DNA of 60,151 nucleotides, filler included, from Squatina squatina (Eukaryota), in assembly GCA_031763465.1 (NCBI GenBank). It is 4 parts of 3 records of this genome, joined end to end, with 100 filler letters (N's around TTAATTAATTAA, not from the genome) between each part and the next. Parts side by side here need not be neighbours in the genome. Positions count along the whole stretch, not along the records: positions 46,726 to 60,151 come from JARFOE010000042.1; 3 more parts are not named here. One strand, 5' to 3'. The position numbers and the translations under genes are program-made. A model generated the notes under the pieces. That model worked only from the letters and a program-made list of their open reading frames with translations. It made no database searches and was not told the origin of the DNA. Numbering within the stretch: position 1 is the first letter of the stretch; every line of letters begins with the position of its first letter. Below are positions 50,710 to 60,151 of this stretch, one piece after another.

Positions 50710-51095
50710 CAAAATACTGTGAATGCTGGAAACCTGAAGTAAAAACAGAGAATGCTGGAAATACTCAGCAGGTCAGGCAGCATCTGTGGAGAGTTCACGT
50801 TTCGCAACAGATGCTGCCTGAACAGCAGTTTTTGTTTAAATTTCAGATTTGCAGCATCCACAGTATTTTGACTTACCGTGTTTGATTCACTGCAATGTCT
50901 CTTACGGGAATGCCCACCTTGAAGAAGTTCTGCTCTTCTCTCTGACGGGATTTCCGCTTATCTTTTTTTTTTCAACCAACGCCCCTCCCCCTCGGATCTG
51001 TCTTCCCCTTCACTTTCCTCCGATCCAATCTCTTCCCCTTGCCGTGTTTTCACTGTTCCCCCTCTGACCTTTCCCCTCTCTGACCCCGAACGACC
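50710..51095. mobile_element. Penelope-like element remnant with fold-back terminus
   Basis: Nested inverted repeats at 50710-50870 (CAAAATACTGTG/CACAGTATTTTG; TCAGGCAGCATCTGT/ACAGATGCTGCCTGA); same arm as 59200-59285. Confidence 0.65.
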
Positions 51096-51917
51096 NNNNN
51101 NNNNNNNNNNNNNNNNNNNNNNNNNNNNNNNNNNNNNNNNNNNNNNNNNNNNNNNNNNNNNNNNNNNNNNNNNNNNNNNNNNNNNNNNNNNNNNNAAACC
51201 TTCTCTGAACCGCCTCCAGTGAATTTATATCCTTCCTTAAATACGGGGACTAAAACTGCTCACAGTTTGCTTTCCAATATGCATGATGCTTCTTGATCCC
51301 CAGTCTCTCTACCACCCCAAAAACGTACTTTAGAATATAGTGAAACTTTAATGATAACATATATAGACGACATGTCAGAGGTGAGCCCGCAATCTCACTT
51401 TCCCAGTGGAGAAGCCGGGCTAGCAGGGAATGTAGGTTGGATATAGGGCTACAATACTGTAACCCCGATTCCCTGATCCTCATGACTGGAGAGGTGGCTT
51501 CCTGCTGAGATAGCAAGTTTGTCAGCTAACCCTTAAGGTTGCTGCTCCTTTATAGAGTATTGGGACTTTCACCTGCAAAGAACTATGTCCAGCTGTGGTC
51601 ACTGTGCTCAAGGATTTTGTTTTATATACATCTGCTCTTCTGGCATGGAGCCCCAAGCAGGAGCATATACTGGGAATTCATGCACATTCCGATTCCCACC
51701 ATGATTTATCGCCCTTTAAAATTAACGAATGAAAACCACGAGTCTGAGTTCCCAGTATACACTCCCAGAACACAAAGCTCTGCATTGGAAATGCTGAAGG
51801 TAAGAGTTGATCTCCCTGTTTGCTGCAACTGGTCCTATGGCCAACATCGAAGCACATGTGTCAACAGCTTACAATTAATGTGACAAGTGTAGCACCAAAA
51901 TATAACATGGTATGACA

Positions 51918-52067
51918 ACATAGAAACATAGAAAATCGGAGCAGGAGTAGGCCATTCGGCCCTTCGGGCCTGCTCCACCATTCTATATGATCATGGCTGA
52001 TCCTCTAACTCAGTACCATATTCCCGCTTTCGTACCATATTCCCGCTTTCTCCCCATATCCCTTGAT
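51918..52067 (-). mobile_element. CR1 LINE 3' tail
   Basis: CATAGAAACATAGAAAAT.GGAGCAGGAGTAGGCCATTCGGCCC. Confidence 0.8.
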
Positions 52068-52167
52068 NNNNNNNNNNNNNNNNNNNNNNNNNNNNNNNNN
52101 NNNNNNNNNNNNNNNNNNNNNNNNNNNNNNNNNNNNNNNNNNNNNNNNNNNNNNNNNNNNNNNNNNN

Positions 52168-52520
52168 CAGCTTGGCTAGAGGCACGGCTAGTTCTGGAGC
52201 ACAAGTCTTCAGCACGGCAGCCGGGATGTTGTCTGACCCACAGCCTTTGCTGTATCCAGATTGCTCAGCCGTTTCTTGAAATAATGTGGAGTGAATCCAA
52301 TTCATGGAAGCTCCTCCATGTTAGTCTAATTGTCCACCACCATTCACGACTAGATGTAGCAGGACTGCAGAGCTTTGACCTGATCGGTTGGTTGTGGGAT
52401 TGCTTAGCTCTGTAAACATAATATGCTGCTTCCACTGTTTAGCATGCATGTAATTCTGTGTTGTCGGTTCACCAGGTTGGCACTTCATTTTCAGGTACGT
52501 ATGGTGCTGCTTCTGCACCT
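52168..52520 (-). mobile_element. Non-LTR retrotransposon ORF2 fragments (second family)
   Basis: SDNIPAAVLKTCAPELAVPLAKL and related internal sequence also seen at 57318-57480. Confidence 0.75.
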
Positions 52521-53094
52521 GAAGTCATTGCTGGGAGGGTGGGATAAAATGAGAAGTATAGCTGTGGAGATGTTGGGAAATGAGCAGTAGATGGACCAAT
52601 CCTATTCCATTGGACCTTGCATCAGAGGGTTAGAGCAAAGCATTTTACTCAATTTTTTAAAATTTAAAATAATGTGAGAGCAGGGAAAGCCAGAGAGAGT
52701 TGGGACTGGCAGGCTGAGATCCCCAAGAAAATACCTGTGGTTCCAGACAGGAGCAGCCAGAATGAGGTAAGATGTAGAGTAGTTGTAAGTACTGGAAGAA
52801 AAAAAAATGTTAAATTCCTGTCCCTATTGGTCTATGGAAGTCATGCCACCTCTCAGATTCCTACAATAGTTTCAGGAGATAGGCTTGTTGGGCCTAATGG
52901 ATTATTACTGTTTTTCATGCATGTTCTTAATATGCAGTATCTCCAGAATTCAGTGAGAAAAAGTGAACAGCAANNNNNNNNNNNNNNNNNNNNNNNNNNN
53001 NNNNNNNNNNNNNNNNNNNNNNNNNNNNNNNNNNNNNNNNNNNNNNNNNNNNNNNNNNNNNNNNNNNNNNNNNGCCACTTAACAATGAAAACAC

Positions 53095-53348
53095 TATAGT
53101 GATTCATTTTGGTAGGAAGAATGAGGAGAGGCAATATAAATTAAATGGTATCATTTTAAAGGGGATACAGGAACAAAGAGACCTGGGAGTTCACATACAC
53201 AAATTTTTGAAGGTGGCTGGACAAGTTGATAAAGCTATTAAAAAAGCATATGTGATCTGTGGCTATATAAATAGAGGCATGGAGTACATAAGCATGGAAG
53301 TTATGCTGAACCTTTAAAAATCACTGGTGAGGCCTCAATTAGAACATT
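53095..53348 (+). mobile_element. CR1 LINE ORF2, 5' half interrupted by a TIR element
   Basis: IHFGRKNEERQYKLNG..EQRDLGVHIHK.LKVAGQVDKAIKKAY..INRGMEY..LVRPQLEH. Confidence 0.9.
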
Positions 53349-54094
53349 GGGGCGAAAATTCCAGTCGGAGGCCCCGACCGGAAAGATCTCTACACAGGTA
53401 CCTGGTGGTCCGGGGGCTGTGGAAACTTCCATTCCTGGGCCTCCACAAGAACGCAGGCAGAGCAGCCCAGGGATCTCTCCAGCTCACATACACTGGTGGG
53501 ATCACATGGGAGGCCCCAACCAATCAGATAGGGGTATCTCCCATTCATTTGTCTGCTGATCGCTAAAATTATGGGGATTAGTAGAAGAATGAATGGGAGA
53601 TATTATAAACAGCACAAGCACATCAAAATATATTTTAAAAACTTCTCAAACATTAAAATTTAATAAAATGATATAAAATTAAATAACTAATACAAAAAAA
53701 TATTTTTTGAAAATTGTTGAAAATTCTTTTAAAGTGTATACAAATATACATACCTTAATGGACTGTGTTTTTAAATTAATAATCCAGTAATTTAATTTAT
53801 TTTTAGATTTTAAAAAATTCTTACATTGGTAAAAGCAGGCCTGTACGCTTGCTTTTACCATGCATAAGAAATTAAAGAGCTTTCTATGGGCAAGAGTTGG
53901 GCAAATTGCCCAATTCTCTGCTCATGAACGCACTTTTCCTGTTCAAGCGTATGATCTGTCAAGAGAACTCTTGACAGATCGGAAGTTCCGGATTTAAGGA
54001 CATGCACAGCGCAGCCCTAAACCCGGAACTTGCGGGGCCTCTCCGGGCACGTGCACACTCTGTACGCGCCCCAAGAGTACGGAATTTTTGTCCC
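53349..54094. mobile_element. 746-bp non-autonomous TIR transposon (MITE) with ATT target-site duplication
   Basis: TIRs GGGGCGAAAATTCC / GGAATTTTTGTCCC (12/14 match); ATT at 53346-53348 and 54095-54097; removal restores CR1 RPQLEHYVQFW. Confidence 0.9.
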
Positions 54095-54537
54095 ATTATG
54101 TCCAATTCTGGAAGGATGTCAAGACCTTGGAGAGGGTGCAGTGGATATTTAACAGAATAATAGCAGGGATGAGGGATTTCAGCTCTGTGGAGAAAGTAGA
54201 GAAGCTGGGATTTTTATCCTTAGAGCAGAGAATGTTAGGAGGAGATTTAATAGAGGTGCTCAAAATTATGAGGGTTTTTGATCAAGTAGATAGAGAGAAA
54301 CTGTGTCCACTGTGAGGAGGGTTGATAACTATGATCTGAAATGTACTTCCTGAAAGGGCGGTGGAAGCAGATTCAACAGTAACTTTCAAAAGGGAACTGG
54401 ATATATACTTCAAATTGAAAAACTTTCTGGGCTAAGGGGAAAGAGCAGGAGACTGGGATGAATTTAACACGCTTTCAAACAGCCAGCACAGGCACGATGG
54501 GCTGAATGGCCTCCTTCTATGTTGTATGATTCTATGA
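54095..54537 (+). mobile_element. CR1 LINE ORF2 3' half and tail
   Basis: YVQFWKDVKTLERVQ..LEQRMLGGDLIEVLKIMR then GGGCTGAATGGCCTCC..TATGATTCTATG. Confidence 0.9.
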
Positions 54538-54651
54538 ATAAAATGGAACCTGTGAGCACAATATATTCAAGCACAACATAATAATCTGGCATTTTGAATT
54601 TCTTCAAGCGTCACGCTGTATGCAGTTATTTGAATGCTTTAAACCTTTGCA

Positions 54652-55082
54652 AAAGAAAGACTTGCATTTATATAGCACCTTTCATGACCACTGGACATCT
54701 CAAAGTGCTTTGCAGCCAATGAAGTACTTTTAGAGTGTAGTCACTGTTGTAATGTGGNNNNNNNNNNAGTGTAATAATGACCAGATAATCGGTTTTAGTG
54801 ATGTTTATTGAGTGATAAAGATGAGCCAGGACACCGGGGAGAACTCCCCTGCTTTTCTTCAAAATAGTGCCATGGGATCTTTTATGTCCACCTGAGAGAG
54901 CAGACGGGACCTCAGTTAACATCTCATCCGAAAGACAGCACCTCCGACAGTGCAGCATTCCCTCAGCACTGCACTGGAGTGTCAGCCTAGATTTATGTGC
55001 TCAAGTCCCTGGAGTAGGATTATAAGCCCACAACCTTCGGACTCAGAGGTGAGTGTGCGACCCACTGAGCCACCGCTGACAC
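54652..55082 (-). mobile_element. Near full-length DeuSINE (SacSINE1-like)
   Basis: tRNA-like head GTGTCAGCGGTGGCTCAGTGG, Deu domain TGCCATGGGATCTTTTATGTCCACCTGAG..ATCTCATCCGAAAGAC, tail AAAGGTGCTATATAAATGCAAGTC. Confidence 0.85.
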
Positions 55083-55189
55083 TTGTACANNNNNNNNNNN
55101 NNNNNNNNNNNNNNNNNNNNNNNNNNNNNNNNNNNNNNNNNNNNNNNNNNNNNNNNNNNNNNNNNNNNNNNNNNNNNNNNNNNNNNNNN

Positions 55190-55392
55190 CCCCTTGATTC
55201 CCACTGACTTCAATTTCACTAGGGCTCCTTGAAGCCACACTCGGTCAAATGCTGCCTTGATGTCAAGGGCAGTCACTCTCATCTCACCTCACATTGAACT
55301 CTTCTGTCCATGTTTGGACCAAGGCTATAATGAGGCCTGGAGCCGAGTGGTCCTGGTGGAACCCAAACCTGGCATTGGTAAACAGGTTATTG
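55190..55392 (-). mobile_element. Non-LTR RT fragment (second family)
   Basis: RFGFHQDHSAPGLIIALVQTW/RVTALDIKAAFDRVWLQG. Confidence 0.8.
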
Positions 55393-56067
55393 ATGAATGC
55401 TGATGATATCAATGGTACCATAGCTTGGATAAGTGAGGCTGAAACTCTTGGAGCTAAATTAACATCAATAGAGATAATCATTGGCCTATAGTTGCTCAGC
55501 ATTAACTGGATATTTTAATTTAGCTCCCTCACACAATTAGGCTTGACTACTTTGCCAAAACTTTACCCTAATAATATCATCAGCACTCAAGGGTTTAATT
55601 TTCTCTGATAATGCACTAGTTAATACATTGACAACAATTCATTTGCACACTATTTTAATGCAGTTGCTAATCAGTTTAAAATAAAATAGACTAGTTAACA
55701 ACTGTGTTAAAAAAATGCACAAAGTAATTTGATATAAATGCATTAACCAATGCTTTACCAGAAGAAATTATACTCCAGTATTTAAACAGAAATGTTCAAT
55801 CCAATTGTCACAATGAAACAGAAAGATTTTAAATGAATCCTACTCCTTTGCACTAGTTTAATTATTAAAAAGGATTGTGATAGCGAGACGCCCTTTTTAA
55901 TAATTTTTCCAAAGGAAAAGTAATATGGAGATGCTCATATTGCACTTAGGTTGTGCCCTTACAGTGTCGATTCTGCAAAAGTATCTGGTGGAACAGTCTT
56001 TCTCCCAGAGATATTTCACTGCATGGTAGGAACAGCATAAGCACTGACTTTTAGGAACAGCTTCAAT

Positions 56068-56608
56068 CAGAGACATAAAGCTACAAAATATGGTGCACCC
56101 TGTTTGGGGGCGGTAACATCCGGGAGGCTGGACGTTGTGCGCCAGGCATGGAAGTCCCGCCCCGTTCGGAAAATTCGGGTTACTGTCCCCAAAAGGAAAT
56201 GGAGCACAAAATAACGCGCTCCACTGCCTTTCTGAGGTGGTCGAGTGCGGACGGGTCGGAGTGGGATGCAGCGCTGCCACGTAGGAGGAGCTCTTCCCTT
56301 CATTAAAGGGAAGGGCCCAAGCTGCAAACTCTGTCGGTCAGAACCAGGACTATTGGGGAATGAGGGTGTGGTGCCAACAGCCCGGCACTCAAGCAGATGC
56401 CGGGCTGAACGATCGCGGCATGGACCCCGCGATCGCACTGCCAAAGGGACACCAAAGAAAAACGGCAATTTTTTTTTTAACATGGCCAGCACCTCCCCTT
56501 TAACTAGTGCCCCGTGCGCAGCCTGCAGCCCCGTTCATATCGCCTGATGCTGTCGCTGGCATCGCCCGGCACAGCTTCAGGGGGCGCTCCCAAATTTTTG
56601 TTCCGGGG
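56068..56608. mobile_element. CpG-rich non-autonomous DNA element
   Basis: CpG-dense patch with hairpin AAGGAAATGGAGC..GCTCCACTGCCTT related to 5400-5433. Confidence 0.5.
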
Positions 56609-56708
56609 NNNNNNNNNNNNNNNNNNNNNNNNNNNNNNNNNNNNNNNNNNNNNNNNNNNNNNNNNNNNNNNNNNNNNNNNNNNNNNNNNNNNNNNNNNNN
56701 NNNNNNNN

Positions 56709-56885
56709 GTGACCCCTGGTTCTAGATCACCCCAGCCAAAGGAAACATCCTCCCTGTCTCAACCGTGTCAAACCCCATAAGAATTTTCTTGTATGTTTCA
56801 ATGAGATCACCTCTCATTGTTCTAATCGCTAGAGAATACAGGCCTAGTCTACTCAATCTCTCCTCATAGGAAAATCCCCCCATTC
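56709..56885 (-). mobile_element. CR1 LINE ORF2 fragment
   Basis: SYEERLSRLGLYSLAIRTMRGDLIETYK. Confidence 0.85.
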
Positions 56886-56944
56886 CATCTCCATCAGCAG
56901 TGTCTGGCATAGTACTCATCACATTTCAATTAACTTTTTTATTA

Positions 56945-57480
56945 TTTATTCATGGGGTGTGGGTGTCGCTGGCAAAGCCAGCACTTGTTGCTGATCCCTA
57001 ATTGCCCTTTAGGTGAGGAGCCACCTTCTTGAACCACTGCAGTCCGTGTGGTGAGGATACTCCCACAATGCTGTGGGAGGGAATTCCAGGATTTTGATCC
57101 AGCAATGATGAAGGAAGGGCCGATATACTTCCAGGCCAGGCTGGTGTGTGTGACTTGGAGGGGAGCTTGCAGGTGATGGTGTTCCCATACGCTTGCTGCC
57201 CCTTGTCCTTCTAGGGGNNNNNNNNNNNNNNNNNNNNNNNNNNNNNNNNNNNNNNNNNNNNNNNNNNNNNNNNNNNNNNNNNNNNNNNNNNNNNNNNNNN
57301 NNNNNNNNNNNNNNNNNATTCATGGAGCCTCCTCCTCCTGTTAGTTGTTTAATTGTCCACCACCATTCACGACTGGATGTGGCAGGACTGCAGAACTTAG
57401 ATCTGATCCGTTGATTGTGGGATCGCTTAGCCCTGTCTATAACATGCTGTTTCCACTTTTTAAGCATGCATGTGGTCCTG
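56945..57480 (-). mobile_element. Non-LTR retrotransposon fragments (second family) including the 3' end
   Basis: QHVIDRAKRSHNQRIRSKFCSPATSSREWWWTIKQLTGGGG plus the shared 3' tail. Confidence 0.8.
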
Positions 57481-57487
57481 TGTTGCT

Positions 57488-57600
57488 GTGTACAAACTGG
57501 CTGCTGCGTTTCCTACATTACAACAGTGACTACACGTCAAAAAATAATTAATTTGCTGTGGTCATGAAAGGTGCTATGCAAATCCAAGCCTGTCTTCTTT
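57488..57600 (+). mobile_element. DeuSINE 3' tail
   Basis: CCTACATTACAACAGTGACTACAC..TCATGAAAGGTGCTAT. Confidence 0.65.
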
Positions 57601-57762
57601 CTCCTTACGTGAGGGCCCAGAGATTTGCTGGTCATACGGCCACTCGTCAACATGTTCAGGAGAGAAATGTCCATCAAATTGTTTAGTGTGACACCTATCT
57701 TCTTCAAGTATAAACGAATGCTATAATTTCAGAAGGCACCCTGTTTATGCAGTGTAACCGAG

Positions 57763-57935
57763 GTGTCAGCCGTGGCTCAGTTGGTAGCAATTATGCCTCG
57801 GAGTCCGAAGGTTGTGGTTTCAAGTCCCACGCCAGGGACTCACACACATAATCTAGACAGACACTGACACTCCCAATGTATTACTGAGGGAGCGCGGCAC
57901 TGTCGGCAGTGCCATCCCTCACTGTTAAACTGAGG
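57763..57935 (+). mobile_element. DeuSINE (SacSINE1-like) head
   Basis: GTGTCAGCCGTGGCTCAGTTGG A box and GTTTCAAGTCC B box. Confidence 0.75.
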
Positions 57936-58876
57936 CTGTGTTTATTTCGATTACCAGATTTCTGATTGGGCCTCTTGGAAGACAAGACACACCCAGCTGT
58001 TCACCTGGAAGGTGTAATTAGATCCTGCCTGAGTAATCAAGTGTAATTTGTGCCATTCTGACTGCCAGTGCTGCATTGATTGGAGGTGCCAACTTTTAAA
58101 TGAGATGTTAAACTGAGGCCCTGTCGGCCCTTTCAAGTGGATGTAAAGGATTCCAGCCCCTAATTCCTATCCCACTCTATAAAGTGTGCATGTGCAGATC
58201 GAGGGAGAGGACAGGGCTATATGTAACCAGATAATCTGTTTTGGTGTTGATTGAGAGATAAATGTTGGCCAGGACACTGGACAGTCTTTTCTTCTTGCTA
58301 TCCTTGATTGGCCTCACACACTATGCTTCTCAGGCATCCTGTGGTCTAAGACTTCCAATTTGTCTTCGGTACCCCACTGGAGAACACCACGTGATTTGTA
58401 GAATAAAGAAGATCCCACATTGTAGAGAATAGTTCTTTCTTCTTCTCTTTAACATCATTGGAAACTGACCAAGTGGTATCCAGGCAGGAGAAGGTAAGTT
58501 CTGCAGGGGAACTGGCTCCAGCTTCCAAGAGGAACATGTCCAAGTGAATGTTATTTGCAGGTGCTAGATCCAAGCAGTGGGTTGCACAGTTAGGTTGGAT
58601 TCTTCACAAGATTCCACCCAACTTCCACATGTTGGCCAGGTTGTTGAGAGAAAATGCCTATCAGATCAGGGTATACCACTGTAGTGAAGTCTCTACTAGG
58701 GATCACAAAACACCTGCTATGCAACAATCTGGAACAATCATGACACCTTCAACTAACATTACTGTTTGGACCAGCAGCCCTGGATGACATTCACCTTGGT
58801 GTGTGTCCTGGTCACTTGTGACTCTGTTCCTGTACAAGCACCTCCTTCCTCTTTGCCCTAAGACCAGCTTTTTCTA

Positions 58877-59050
58877 ATCATTCGCGGGATGTGGACATCG
58901 CTGGCAAGGCCAGCATTTACTGCCCATCCTTAATTGCCTTTCAAAAGGTGGTATGAGCCGCCTTCTTGAACTGCTGCAGTCCGTGTGGGGAAAGTGCTGT
59001 TAGGGAGGGAATTCCAGGATTTTGATCCAGCAACGATGAAGGAATGGCTC
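58877..59050 (-). mobile_element. Non-LTR retrotransposon 3' end (second family)
   Basis: GGGATGTGGACATCGCTGGCAAGGCCAGCATTTA.TGCCCATCC tail. Confidence 0.8.
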
Positions 59051-59152
59051 TCNNNNNNNNNNNNNNNNNNNNNNNNNNNNNNNNNNNNNNNNNNNNNNNN
59101 NNNNNNNNNNNNNNNNNNNNNNNNNNNNNNNNNNNNNNNNNNNNNNNNNNNN

Positions 59153-59290
59153 CAGTTCTGACCATAGGTCATCAACCTGAAACGTTCGCTCTGTTCCTCT
59201 CTCCACAGATGCTGTCTGACCCGCTGAGTATTTCCAGCATTTTCTGCTTTTATTTCAGATTTCCAGCATTCCAAAATATTTGTTTTTGTA
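59153..59290 (+). mobile_element. Penelope-like terminal repeat with a degenerate hammerhead ribozyme motif
   Basis: CTGACCA-T-AGGT-CATCA-ACCT-GAAAC-GTTC followed by CTCCACAGATGCTG..CTGAGTATTTCCAGCATTTTCTG. Confidence 0.65.
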
Positions 59291-59379
59291 TTAAAGTTAA
59301 CAAAGGTAGTTTTAAATATTAAATGGACATTTTCTGGAAGTATTCACTGGGGAGGCCGATGCTAACTTGCTATCCATTC

Positions 59380-60151
59380 TTTGTGGTACACCCAGTACCC
59401 GAGAGAATTGTGAAGTTAGCCAGGCAGAGGTGCTTGAGAAGTTAAACCACCAAACCTCTGGGCCAGATGGCCTGTACCCTGGGAGGCGAGGGCAGACATT
59501 TGTGGGGGAGAATTGTTAAGTACGGGAGAGGTTCTGCAGAATTGAATGCAGAACAAACATAGGACCTATATTTAAAAAGGAAAACAAAATTGATGCATGC
59601 AACTATTAGCCTAATATTCACAACAGAGAAATTATTAGAATTTGTTCTGAAGAGCAGGCAGGAGGAGTACTAGCAGGATATAGCAATCGTTTAATTAAAA
59701 AAAAGGCAGATTTATGAGGATGATTCCAGGGATGAAGGACTTCAGTTATGTTGATAGCCTGGAGAAGCTGGGGTTATTCTACTTGGAGCAGAGAAGGTTG
59801 GGAGGAGATTTGATAGAGGTGTTCAAAATCATGAGGGGCCTAGACAGAGCAGATAGAAACTGTTCGCATTGGCGGAATGGTCAAAGAACCAGAGGACACT
59901 GATTTAAGGTGATTGGCAAAAGAACCAAAGGCGACATGAGAGAAAAAAAAATTTACACAGCGAGTGGTTGGGATCTGGAATGTACTGCCTGAAAGGGTGG
60001 TGGAGGCAAACTCAATTTTATCTTTAAAAAGGGAATTGGATAAGCATCTGAAGGAATAAGATTTGCAGGGTTACGGGGACAGGGCAGGGGAGTGGGACTA
60101 GCTGAGAGTCGATGCGGTCTCGATGGGCCGAATGGCCTTCTTCCAAGCTGT
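59380..60151 (+). mobile_element. CR1 LINE ORF2 fragments and 3' end
   Basis: RMIPGMKDFSYVDSLEKLGLFYLEQRRLGGDLIEVFKIMRGLDR, RVVGIWNVLPER and the GGGCCGAATGGCC tail. Confidence 0.85.

Noticed and set aside
57763-57840. tRNA gene
   Set aside because: The A and B boxes run directly into the DeuSINE body; it is a SINE head, as at 49161 and 55082
58330-58790. Plus-strand exon ending AAG|GTAAGT near 58494, and nearby ORFs
   Set aside because: All frames from the nearest acceptor contain stops and the peptides are unrecognisable

Overview
This is vertebrate genomic DNA, most likely from a cartilaginous fish (shark), judged by its repeats: CR1 LINEs, a SacSINE1-like DeuSINE, Penelope-type hairpins and PIF/Harbinger-type MITEs. 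It comes from a fragmented assembly with dozens of 100-N and 10-N gaps, three of which contain an artificial TTAATTAATTAA six-frame-stop linker. Most listed ORFs are noise or decayed transposon ORFs. The one well-supported host gene is a minus-strand coiled-coil gene that the ORF track largely misses. It has five phase-0 GT-AG exons at 31565-31648, 25693-25851, 24166-24249, 22365-22448 and 20365-20532 (84, 159, 84, 84 and 168 nt). It is tentatively PMFBP1/CCDC18-like, but this is unconfirmed. Other notable items are a 746-bp TIR element with an ATT target-site duplication nested in a CR1 ORF2, a Harbinger transposase fragment, two tandem paralogous decayed ORFs, a 16-bp CpG-rich minisatellite, a degenerate Penelope-type hammerhead ribozyme, an RFX X-box and several enhancer-like stretches. 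I cannot support a wholly new biological system from the sequence alone. Repeat boundaries are approximate. Exon, TIR, TSD and linker coordinates were counted by base.
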